From an uncultured delta proteobacterium (GTDB lineage Bacteria > Myxococcota_A > UBA9160 > SZUA-336): a stretch of DNA of 64,000 bases. A model generated the notes under the pieces. The model was not told the DNA's origin and ran no database searches. It was given only the letters and a program-made list of their open reading frames with translations. A program made the position numbers and the translations under genes. Below are positions 22,768 through 31,758 of the stretch, piece after piece; the first letter of the stretch is position 1; the number at the start of each line of letters is the position of its first letter. Location of the stretch: contig CAVPHD010000011.1 in assembly GCA_963704165.1 (NCBI GenBank), positions 32,001-96,000 of the forward strand, read 5' to 3'.

Positions 22768-24357
22768 GTGGCTCGGTCCCCCACCTTCGATCTCGCGACG
22801 GAGCTCGCGAAGCCGGGCTTCACGCCGGGAGAGCGCGACGCGTCGGGCCTCGTCGAGCTCATCGTCGCGGGCGGGGAGCCCGCGGCGAAGCGATCCGCTC
22901 GGGCACTCACGGAAATGCGCGACTGCGGACGCGCTGCGATCGGAGCGCGGCTCGAATCCGCCGACGAAGCCGCGAGGGCACGCCTGGTCGCGGCACTCGG
23001 GCTGCTCGCGCGCCGTGGCGACGCGGAAGCGGCGAAGGCCGTGATCGCGCAGATGCAGGACACCGCGACGCGTGTACGGAGGGCCGCCGCCATCGCGCTC
23101 GGCAAGCTCGGCGGCGATACGGCGCGGGCTGCGTTGATCGCGCGGTGGGACGCCGGCGACGTCGCACCCGACGAGCGGCGGGCGCTGACGGAGGCGCTCG
23201 GCAAAACGGGCGGCGACGTCGCCATCGCGCGGTTGACGGCTCTCGACCCAGGGGTCGACGTCGAGCTGCGTCGCATTCGCGATCGAGCGCTCTTGATGGC
23301 CGACCGGTCTGCGAAGCGCGAGGCAAGTTCGACGATCGCGACCGACATCGCGCCACCGTCGCCGCTCGTCGTTCGGCTCGCGTGCCGGCCGGGGCTGGCG
23401 CCGCTTCTCGCCGAGGAGTTGACTTCGATCGGCATGACGCCGCGCTCGATCGACGTGGGTCACGTCGAGCTCGTACTCGCGGCGCCGTGGTCGACGCTCT
23501 TCGCCTCGCGCATGTGGGCGAGCGCAGCGATCCAGATTCCGATGTCGTTGCCGAAGCGCCCGGATGCCGGCGCGCTCTCGGCGGCGATCACGCGCGCGCT
23601 CACGGCCGATTCCACGCGCGCGCTCCTCGCATCGTGGACGCGTGGACCCATCCGCTGGCGCATCGGATTCACGCGCGGTCACAAGCGGGCGATCGTGTGG
23701 CGGGTCGCGCGTGACGTCACCGCCGCGGCACCCGAGCTGATCAACGATCCCACCGCGACGACTTGGGACGTGCGCGTCGATGAAGAGGCGCCGACGCTGG
23801 AACTCGTCCCACGGCAGATCGAGGATCCGCGTTTCGGTTGGCGCGTCGCCGACGTGCCCGCCGCCTCGCACCCGACGGTCGCGGCGGCGCTCGCGTGGGT
23901 CGCCGGCGTCCGGCCCGAGGACCGCGTCTGGGATCCGTTCTGTGGCTCGGGCGCGGAGCTCGTCGAGCGGGCGCGTCGGGGCGCGTATCGCTCGCTGCTC
24001 GGCACGGATCTCGACGCCGACGCGCTCGCCGCCGCACGCGAGAACCTCGACGCATCGGGCCTCCGAGCGGAACTCTCGCTCGCCGACGCGCGCACGCACG
24101 AGGTCGGCACGGTGGACCTCGTCATCACGAACCCGCCGCTCGGCAGCCGCGTTCGGCTCGACGCCGCGGCGTTGCTGATCGACTCGCTGCCGAACCTGGT
24201 TCGTCAGCTCGCGCCGGCTGGGCGCCTCGTCTGGATCACGCCCGCACCGCGCAGGACGACCCCGATCGCCCAGTCACTGAAGCTGCGCCGCGCCCGATCG
24301 CTCAACGTCGACCTCGGGGGTGTACGAGGTCAGCTGGAGCGCTGGGACGCAGAATAG
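22768..24357 (+). CDS. HEAT-repeat + RNA amino-methyltransferase (Trm11/Trm14/RlmL-like) fusion
   Basis: VRRAAAIALGKLG-type HEAT repeats; CRPGLAPLLAEEL; ASHPTVAAAL, WDPFCGSG, ITNPPLG. Start uncertain. Confidence 0.75.
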   Translation: MARSPTFDLATELAKPGFTPGERDASGLVELIVAGGEPAAKRSARALTEMRDCGRAAIGARLESADEAARARLVAALGLLARRGDAEAAKAVIAQMQDTATRVRRAAAIALGKLGGDTARAALIARWDAGDVAPDERRALTEALGKTGGDVAIARLTALDPGVDVELRRIRDRALLMADRSAKREASSTIATDIAPPSPLVVRLACRPGLAPLLAEELTSIGMTPRSIDVGHVELVLAAPWSTLFASRMWASAAIQIPMSLPKRPDAGALSAAITRALTADSTRALLASWTRGPIRWRIGFTRGHKRAIVWRVARDVTAAAPELINDPTATTWDVRVDEEAPTLELVPRQIEDPRFGWRVADVPAASHPTVAAALAWVAGVRPEDRVWDPFCGSGAELVERARRGAYRSLLGTDLDADALAAARENLDASGLRAELSLADARTHEVGTVDLVITNPPLGSRVRLDAAALLIDSLPNLVRQLAPAGRLVWITPAPRRTTPIAQSLKLRRARSLNVDLGGVRGQLERWDAE

Positions 24358-24414
24358 ACATTGCCCTCGCCGGCTCCGCACGAGAGACTGCGGCCACTCT
24401 CTCGAGGTGGGAAC

Positions 24415-25635
24415 GTGCGCGTTGGGTTCATCAGTTCGGAGAAGGTGGACGACGCCTCCGCATTCAGCGGCATGCCGGCAGCCGCTTGGGCGGCACTCGA
24501 TCGGCAGGGCTTCGACTTGGTGCATCTCGATTCAGGTTCGCTCGGAGGGGAACTCAATAGATTTCGCGACCGGCTCTACCCTCTGGCACGGAGGCTGATT
24601 CCCGCCGCGAAGCGCTGGCGCGCGCGACGGCGCGTCGAGGCGGTGCTCGACCACATCCCGAGACCGTTCGAGTACCAGCGGCTGATTGCGAGTGCCGTCG
24701 CGCGCAGCCAGCGCATTCAGATGCTTGCAGAGCGCGCCGACGTGGACGTGTTGTTTGGACTCTGCGTGAGCGTCGAGCTCTGCGCGCTCGATACCGCTCT
24801 GCCGATCGTCTACGCGACCGACGCCACGCCGCGCCTGATCCGTGCCACCTATCCGGAGCACGCGCACCACACCCGCGCGTTCTGGCGAGCGTGCGAGGAG
24901 ATCGAGAGCCGGAGCTTGCGGCGGATCAGCTTCGGGATCTTTCCGTCGGAGCGGACGCGTCGCTCGGCCGTCGATGATTACGGTCTCTCGCTCGAGCGCA
25001 GTTGTCTTCTGCCGCTCGGCGCGCACGTGGTGCCGGCGGAATCCGATGCGCCACTGCGCCCGGATCCACCCGGGCCCGACGCCATCGAGCTCGTCTGCGT
25101 GATGGCCGATCCCGTGCGCAAACGCCTCGACTTCTGCATCGACGTTGCCGAGGAGCTCGTGCGGCGTGGGATCTCGGTCCGGCTCAATCAGGTCGGGCCC
25201 CCCACGTCGCGCGCCCTTCGCTCGAGCGTGGTGCACTGCGCCGGCGCGCTGCGCCTGTCGGATCCCGCCGACCGACGGACGCACGTGGAACTGCTCCGGC
25301 GCAGCCACCTGCTGCTGCTGCCATCGCTGGGCGAGATGTTCGGTATCGCGCCCTGCGAGGCGGCGCACTTCGGGCGGCCGAGCCTGGTGAGCGACGCGGG
25401 TGGCCTGCCGAACGCGGTGCTGCACGAGAGGACGGGACTCGTGCTTCCGGTCGATGTCCCGCCCGCGCGATACGCCGACGAGATCGCGAAGCTGTGTCAC
25501 GACCCGGAGCGCTACCGCCGGCTTTCCGAGTCGGCGCTCCATCGCGCGCGCACCGAGCTCAACTGGGATGCCTGGGGAAGTGCGATCGCATCCATCCTCG
25601 AGTCCACCGTCCGACGCGAGTCCGCCCATGACTGA
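24415..25635 (+). CDS. glycosyltransferase family 4
   Basis: RKR, LPSLGEMFGIAPCEAAHFGRP, GGLPNAV...TGLV. Confidence 0.9.
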   Translation: MRVGFISSEKVDDASAFSGMPAAAWAALDRQGFDLVHLDSGSLGGELNRFRDRLYPLARRLIPAAKRWRARRRVEAVLDHIPRPFEYQRLIASAVARSQRIQMLAERADVDVLFGLCVSVELCALDTALPIVYATDATPRLIRATYPEHAHHTRAFWRACEEIESRSLRRISFGIFPSERTRRSAVDDYGLSLERSCLLPLGAHVVPAESDAPLRPDPPGPDAIELVCVMADPVRKRLDFCIDVAEELVRRGISVRLNQVGPPTSRALRSSVVHCAGALRLSDPADRRTHVELLRRSHLLLLPSLGEMFGIAPCEAAHFGRPSLVSDAGGLPNAVLHERTGLVLPVDVPPARYADEIAKLCHDPERYRRLSESALHRARTELNWDAWGSAIASILESTVRRESAHD

Positions 25636-26620
25636 GGACGTCACGATCGTCGTCGTACCGCGCGATCACTTCTCGCACGCGCGCGCTTCACTCGAGAGTC
25701 TCTTCGTGCACACCCCCCTTCCCTACCAGATGATCTACGTGGACCACAGCGCACCACCCGAGGTCAGCGCGTGGATCGAGCGCACCTGCCACGAGCGCGG
25801 GATCCGGCACATGGCCGTCGATCATCCGCTCACGCCCAACGAGGCCAGGAATCTCGCGCTCCGCCAGGTCACGACTCGGTACACGGTCTTCGTCGACAAC
25901 GATGCGCTCGTGACGCAGGGGTGGCTCGAGCCGCTGGTCGAGGTCGCGGAGCGAGAGGGCGCGTGGCTGGTCGGGCCGCTCTATCTCATCGACGAGCTCG
26001 AGCGGGGTCACGTGCACATGTCGGGCGGCTGGCTCGGCGTCCGCGACGAGAACGGTCAGCGTCGCTTCCACGAAGCGCATCGCGATCCCGATGCACGGCT
26101 CGCGGACGTGCGCGGTCGCCTCGAAGCGGGCCCCACGGAGCTGGTCGAGTTCCACTGCATGCTGGTCCGAACGGCGCTGTTCGCGCGCATCGGTGAGCTC
26201 GACGAGCAGCTCTTGACCCACGCCGAGCACGTGGATCTGTGTCTGCGTGTGCAGCAGGCCGGTCTTCCGATCTGGTTCGAGCCGCGCAGCACGGTGACCT
26301 ATCTGCCGCCCAAGTCACTCCGGCCCGACGAGCTCGGCTTCTATCTACTCCGCTGGAACGAGGCGTGGAATCAAGCGTCGATCGATCGCTTCTGCGACAA
26401 GTGGCAGCTCGACGCCGGTGATCCGTACCGTGAGCACCAGCGCGAGTTCCTGCGTCTGATGCGACGGCGCGCGCTCGGCCGGATCGCTTGGCCCGTCGGT
26501 CGGGTGCTGGAGCTGCTCCTCTATCGCAAGGTCATCGGTCCACTCGTCGAGCCACTGGTCCAGCGACTGGAGAACTCTGCGATCCGACCTCTCGCGATCG
26601 CGCGCGACGCCTCGGCCTGA
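25628..26620 (+). CDS. glycosyltransferase family 2
   Basis: VTIVVVPRD, ARNLAL, FVDND (DxD), EHVDLC. Confidence 0.9.
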   Translation: MTEDVTIVVVPRDHFSHARASLESLFVHTPLPYQMIYVDHSAPPEVSAWIERTCHERGIRHMAVDHPLTPNEARNLALRQVTTRYTVFVDNDALVTQGWLEPLVEVAEREGAWLVGPLYLIDELERGHVHMSGGWLGVRDENGQRRFHEAHRDPDARLADVRGRLEAGPTELVEFHCMLVRTALFARIGELDEQLLTHAEHVDLCLRVQQAGLPIWFEPRSTVTYLPPKSLRPDELGFYLLRWNEAWNQASIDRFCDKWQLDAGDPYREHQREFLRLMRRRALGRIAWPVGRVLELLLYRKVIGPLVEPLVQRLENSAIRPLAIARDASA

Positions 26621-26703
26621 AGGGCTGAGCCGAACCTGCGATCGGCATTGTGCCTCCTGCCTCCGACAGGCCCGTCACTGCACCGCCGTCCCTGGCGGGG
26701 GAT

Positions 26704-27810
26704 CTAGCGATGCGGGTCAGGCGCCGCTCTTCGAATCGCGCCCTCGGCCGGCCGCCAGCCGGCGTACTTCGGATGATCCGCGCCGATCGGCAGCTCGACC
26801 GGCCGGCCCGTCTCGGCCGAATGGTAGATTGCCGTCACGAGTTCGAGCGAGGCGCGCGCGTCGGCGATCGTCACCGGGAGCGCCGCGCCGGTCGTGATCG
26901 CGGCGTGGAAGGCGGCGATCTGTCCGGGGAAGCCTTCGGCGCCGGGATCGAAGCCGGCGAGGCAGTCGTCGATGCGCCGCTGCGCCTCGGCCGAGGCCGG
27001 CGTGATCGTCCACGGCTCCGCGCCCGGCGTGTAGGGCGCGAGGCTGCTCTCGGCGACGAGGTGTTCGAAGCACAGCCGCAGTCGCGAGATCTCGCGCGCC
27101 GAGCCGAGCGTCGCCGCGAGCGACGCGAGCGCGCCGCTTTCGAGCTCGAGCGCGACGACCGCGCAGTCCTCGCTCTCGATCGGGTTGACGCGCGTCGCGA
27201 GCCGGGCGAAGACCGAGCGCGCCGGCCCGCAAATCCAGTGCAGAAGATCGTGGGCGTGGATCGCGTGCGAGACGCAGACGCCGCCGAGCTCGCTCTCGAA
27301 GCGGCCGCGCCACGGCACGGCGTAGTAGTCGGCACCGCGCTTCCACGCCGTCTCGACGGTCGCGAGATGGCAGCGCCCCGCGACGCCCTCGGCGACGAGC
27401 TTGCGCAGCCGCGCGACGCCGCGCCCGAAGCGGTACTGGAAGATCGGCATCAGCCGGCCCTTCGAGCCGGCTTCGCAGCGCGAGAGCTCGTCGGCGTCCG
27501 CGAGCGAGCCGACGAGCGGCTTCTCGCAGATCACGTGACGACCCGCCTCGAGCGCCGCACGCGCCATCTCGACGTGCAAGACCGGCGGCGTGCAGACGTC
27601 GATCACGTCGATGCCGTCGTGCGCGACGAGCTCGTCGAAGCGCTCGGTCGCGAACGGGATGCCGAAGAGCATCTTCGCGAGGCCGAGCCTGCCGGCATCG
27701 GCGTCGCAGACCGCGACGATCTCGAAGCGGTCGCCGAGGTCGCGGTAGGCCGTGAGGTGCTGGAAGCCGATTCCGAGACCGACCACGCCGACGCGGAGCC
27801 GATCGCTCAC
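26704..27810 (-). CDS. Gfo/Idh/MocA oxidoreductase
   Basis: VGVVGLGIG, CTPP..H, CEKP, HAIHAHD; GTGA overlap with the upstream gene. Confidence 0.92.
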   Translation of the reverse strand: MSDRLRVGVVGLGIGFQHLTAYRDLGDRFEIVAVCDADAGRLGLAKMLFGIPFATERFDELVAHDGIDVIDVCTPPVLHVEMARAALEAGRHVICEKPLVGSLADADELSRCEAGSKGRLMPIFQYRFGRGVARLRKLVAEGVAGRCHLATVETAWKRGADYYAVPWRGRFESELGGVCVSHAIHAHDLLHWICGPARSVFARLATRVNPIESEDCAVVALELESGALASLAATLGSAREISRLRLCFEHLVAESSLAPYTPGAEPWTITPASAEAQRRIDDCLAGFDPGAEGFPGQIAAFHAAITTGAALPVTIADARASLELVTAIYHSAETGRPVELPIGADHPKYAGWRPAEGAIRRAAPDPHR

Positions 27811-28853
27811 GAGGCAGCTCCCCGGTCCCCGGCCAGATGGCCGAGTCGCACCGCGCGCGCCTGCGCCTGCAACACCAGCTCGCAGGCGCGGAAGCAGTGC
27901 GCCTGGGTCATCGCGGTCTCGGTGCGGTCGTGCACGTCGGCAGCGAAGGCCGGACCGAAGGGCAGCGCATCGTGGCGGCAGTCGAAGCGGCGCAGCTCGC
28001 CGCGCTCGACGAGGAAGAGGTGATCCGGTCCCGGAGCGCCGCCTGGGTCGCAATACTTGCGCACCTCGAGATAGCCCTCGGTGCCGAGCACGAAGAGGCG
28101 GCCGTCGCCCCAGGTCGGAAGCGCGTCGGGCGTGTACCAGTCGACGCGCACCGAGCCCGTCGCCGCCTTGCCGCGCAGGTAGAGCTCGCCGAAGTCCTCG
28201 AAGCCCGGATGCTCGGGATGCGCCCAGTTCGCGACCGTCGACGCCACGACCTCGGCGTCGTACGCGCCGGTGAAGTGCAGGAACTGGTCGAGCTGGTGCG
28301 AGGCGATGTCGCAGAGCACGCCGCCGTAGCGCTCGCGCTCGAAGAACCAGTTCGGCCGCTGCCCGAGGTTCGCTCGGTGAGGGCCGAGGCCGATCGTCTG
28401 CACCACGCGCCCGATCGCGCCCTCGGCGACGAGCTTCGACGCGCGCGTGGTCGCGCGGCTCTCGAAGCGCTCGGCAAAGAACACCGAGTAGATGCGGCCG
28501 GTCTCGCGCTGCACGCGCCGCACCTCGTCGAGCTGCGCGAGCGTCGTCATGCCGGGCTTGTCGACGAGGAAGTCCTTGCCGTGCTGCAGCACTCGCACAC
28601 CGAGCGGTGCCCGCTCGCTCGGGATCGAGGCGGAGGTGACCACCTGGATCGATCCGTCCTCGAGGATCTCGCGCTCGTCGTGCGCGCGCTTCGCCTGCGG
28701 ATACAGGCGCGCGAAGCCCTCGGCCTGCGCCGGCTCGGCGACGCGGAAGGCGACGAGCTCGCCGCCGGCGGCGAGCAACGTCGAGACCTGACCGAAGATG
28801 TGCGGATGGTCGACGCCGATCACGGCAAAGCGCAGCGGGGGTCGGTCGGGCAT
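27807..28853 (-). CDS. Gfo/Idh/MocA oxidoreductase
   Basis: FAVIGVDHPHI, VDKP, GGVLCDIASHQLD. Confidence 0.9.
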   Translation of the reverse strand: MPDRPPLRFAVIGVDHPHIFGQVSTLLAAGGELVAFRVAEPAQAEGFARLYPQAKRAHDEREILEDGSIQVVTSASIPSERAPLGVRVLQHGKDFLVDKPGMTTLAQLDEVRRVQRETGRIYSVFFAERFESRATTRASKLVAEGAIGRVVQTIGLGPHRANLGQRPNWFFERERYGGVLCDIASHQLDQFLHFTGAYDAEVVASTVANWAHPEHPGFEDFGELYLRGKAATGSVRVDWYTPDALPTWGDGRLFVLGTEGYLEVRKYCDPGGAPGPDHLFLVERGELRRFDCRHDALPFGPAFAADVHDRTETAMTQAHCFRACELVLQAQARAVRLGHLAGDRGAAS

Positions 28854-29217
28854 CGGGGAATCGCTCCTCAGCGCGCGGCCTGCGGTACGCAAGCCGGCTC
28901 GATCGTCTCACGCAGGCTGGAGTGGCACCAAGCGGCAGGCAGGACGGCCCCCCGGCGGCACAGCAAAGGCCCACATCGGAGCGGCGACTCTCTTCGTTCC
29001 CGTCGAAGGTCAGCGGTTCCGGGTGCAGTGGAGCTGGGCCGCTCCGGACCTGCGGGTCCGGCTCGGCCAGGGTTGGGTCGTCGGTGAGCGTTCTGGAAGC
29101 CGCGGACGGAAGGTGCCACGAACTCTTGTGGACTTCCGACGTACCCCACCCACAGAATTCGTCGCCGCATCGGTTCCGGCCAGAACTTCGCAGACCCAGA
29201 CACGGGAGTGACTCCAG

Positions 29218-29943
29218 ATGCTCACGGCAGTCCGCTTCGATCCCCGGAAGGCGCGGGGACCTGCTTTCCTCCGTACGGCACTGGGTTGCTTGGGGGCGCT
29301 CCTCCTACCCGGCCTAAGCTTCGCCGCCCCGATCACCGTCCCCACCTCGCTCTTGCCGGGTCAGCAGTACCGGCTGGCGTTCGTGACGGCGGGCACCCAC
29401 GATGCGACCTCCTTGAGCATCGCCGACTACGATGCCTTCGTTACGGCGGAGGCGAACATGGAAGCGGCGCTGAGTTCGATCTCGTGGCAGGTGATCGGAT
29501 CGACGGCCAGTGTCTCAGCGCGCGACCACACCGGCACGGGACTCGGCGACCGTCCGGGTGTGCCAATCTTCCTCCTCGACGGTGTCAAGCTCGTCGACAA
29601 TTACGCGGACCTATGGGACGGATCCGTAGATGTCCCATTCTGGATCGACCAGCACGGCCAATATGAGGCAATCATCCATGTATGGACGGGCACCGGTCCG
29701 GGCGGCTTGGCGGATCCATACCCGCTCGGATCCCTCGAGGTCGCATATGGACTTACCTATTATTGGGCCGATCGGCAGAACCCCTACTGGATCCACTGGG
29801 ACCAACGGTGGTCGAGTGCGTTTTTGCCGCTCTACGCCCTGTCCGAAGTTTTGACAGTTCCCGTCCCGGAACCCCGCCTCACGGTGCTTTTCACGCTCGT
29901 CTTCGCTGGGGTCTTGTCTGCTCGACGGGTCCGACTAGCTTAG
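29218..29943 (+). CDS. PEP-CTERM sorting domain protein
   Basis: Signal peptide; PGQQYRLAFVT...DYDAFV domain; C-terminal VPEP + hydrophobic stretch + RRVR; atypical codon usage. Confidence 0.82.
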   Translation: MLTAVRFDPRKARGPAFLRTALGCLGALLLPGLSFAAPITVPTSLLPGQQYRLAFVTAGTHDATSLSIADYDAFVTAEANMEAALSSISWQVIGSTASVSARDHTGTGLGDRPGVPIFLLDGVKLVDNYADLWDGSVDVPFWIDQHGQYEAIIHVWTGTGPGGLADPYPLGSLEVAYGLTYYWADRQNPYWIHWDQRWSSAFLPLYALSEVLTVPVPEPRLTVLFTLVFAGVLSARRVRLA

Positions 29944-29959
29944 CAACGGCTGCGTCCAC

Positions 29960-30165
29960 GCCTGCGCAACAGAGTCCTGCATTCGTCCATCGCAGTCAGC
30001 GCCGAACGAAGTGCCCAAGCGCAGCGCGAGAAGACCTCCCGCATCGCTCTTTCTCTTCAAGTCGGGCCACACGTTCGAGGAACCGTTCCAGCGTCGCTCG
30101 GGCGACCGTGAGCCGACCCAGCACGAGGCGGTAGCCAAGGAAGTCGAAGCCGCGCTTGGCGGAAC
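29960..30165 (-). pseudogene. reverse transcriptase C-terminal remnant
   Basis: KRGFDFLGY (RT domain 7) then LTVARATLERFLERVARL...VRR*LRW; no start and no YxDD. Confidence 0.7.
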
Positions 30166-30175
30166 GCGATCTCGT

Positions 30176-30251
30176 TGGAGCGGGAAACGGGACTCGAACC
30201 CGCGACCCCAAGCTTGGGAAGCTTGTGCTCTACCAGCTGAGCTATTCCCGC
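30176..30251 (-). tRNA. tRNA-Gly(CCC)
   Basis: GCGGGAATAGCTCAGCTGGTAGAGCACAAGCTTCCCAAGCTTGGGGTCGCGGGTTCGAGTCCCGTTTCCCGCTCCA; 76 nt, anticodon CCC, encoded CCA. Confidence 0.97.
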
Positions 30252-30309
30252 GTGGTCGCGAGCATAGCGGCTCGCCTGCGGGAGCGGAAGCGGGGCGAGC
30301 GCGGCGGGA

Positions 30310-31727
30310 TCAGTCGCTGACCTGGATCTCTTCGAAGAGCAGGTCGAGCTCGTCGTCGTCGCTCGCGGGGGCGACTTCGGCCTCGGCTTCGACCTCGAGC
30401 GCGACGCTGCGCAGGTCGAAGCTCGCTTCGTTTCGCTCGCTCTCGCGCTGAGACTCGGACTCGGGCTCGCGCTCGACGGGAGGATCTTCCTCTCGAAGCA
30501 TGGCGCCGAGGCTCCAGTCCGAGTCCTCGGGCCCGAACTCGGGCGTGTGCGCGGCCTCGGGCGGGGGCTCGATCGCGAGGTCGATCGCGTCCTCGGCGGC
30601 GGGCTCGGGCGCGGCGGCCTGCGCCTCGAGCTCCTCGATCTCGACCGCTTCGATCTCGACGTCCTCGATCTCGACTTCTTCGATCTCGAGCGCCGTCACG
30701 TCGAGATCGGGCGACGAGACCTCCTCGACGAGATCCGCAGGTTCGAAGTTCGCCGAGATCTCCTCGCTCGAGGCGGGCTCGGGCGCGGCCGGCGGCGGTT
30801 CGGCGCGCGCGATCGGCATCGAGGCGACCGGCTCGAGCCAGTCGGCGGGCGAGTGCTCCGCTTCGAGGGACGTCGAGGGCTCCGACGGGTTCGGGTCTCG
30901 ACCTCGACCGACATCGGCACGAGCCCGAGCGCTTCGGCCGCCGCCACCACGATCGAGCTGTCCACCCGTCGGGCCTCGCAGAGGAACGCCTCGAAGAGCG
31001 CGTTGTCGGCGATCGTGTTGAGCACCCTCGGCACGCCGCCCGAGCAGCGGAACAACGCCTCGAGCGCATCCGGCGTGAAGACGGGCTCCGTCGCACCCGC
31101 GAGCCGCAGCCGGTGAGACACGTAGGCCTGCGATTCGAGCCAGTCCATCGCGGTGAGCTCGACGCGGATCTCGACGCGCTGCGCGAGCGGTGCGTCGAGC
31201 TTCAGGATCTCGCCGAGCTCGGGCAGGCCGAAGAGCACCAGACTGACGAGCTTGCGGCCTTCGTGCAGAAGGTTCAGGAGCCCGCGGAACTCCTCCATCG
31301 CGTCGCGGTTGCGGAAGAGCTGCGCCTCGTCGATCAACAACACCGAACTGCGTTTGGACGCGGCGATCGAGACGAGCTGCGCGTGGATCTGATCGACGAG
31401 CGCCTGCACCTGCGACGCCGGCGCGTGCACGCCGAACGCGCGCGCGACGTTGGGCAGGAACCAGCCCGAAGAGCAAGCCTCGTGAGGAATCGACAGGTAG
31501 TGCGCGGAGAACTCGCGCGGGTCGAGCGCGCGCAGCAGCGAGTGCGCAAGCGTCGTCTTGCCCAGACCCGGTCCACCGACGAGAACGGACAGCGCCCGCC
31601 GCTGTTGAACGCCGCGCATCAGGCGCAGCCGGGCGCGTTTCTGCGGCGCGCTCTCGAAGTAGAAGCGCTCGTCGCACTCGTTCTGGAACGGGTCCGTGGG
31701 AAGCCGGAAGAACTTCAGATGCTCCAT
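30310..31727 (-). CDS. ExeA/GspA-like AAA ATPase with long acidic C-terminal tail (apparent frameshift near 30897)
   Basis: FRLPTDPF, GGPGLGKTT, LLIDEAQ, LFGLPEL, SGGVPRVLN; acidic tail continues in another frame to TGA 30310. Confidence 0.8.
30635..30690. repeat. 4 x 15-nt coding tandem repeat (EIExV)
   Basis: TCGATCTCGA core repeated with 15-nt period; encodes EIEEV-EIEDV-EIEAV-EIEEL. Confidence 0.7.
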
Positions 31728-31758
31728 GCGTTTCCTCGTCCGCGCGGGCTGCGCGCGA

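Noticed and set aside
24415..28853. GT4-GT2 plus the Gfo/Idh/MocA pair as one glycan pathway
   Set aside because: The two pairs are convergent, and no flippase or nucleotide-sugar genes link them.
28798..29211. ORF that might be a recombinase C-terminal remnant at the islet edge
   Set aside because: No recognisable catalytic motif and no att duplication of the tRNA 3' end seen.
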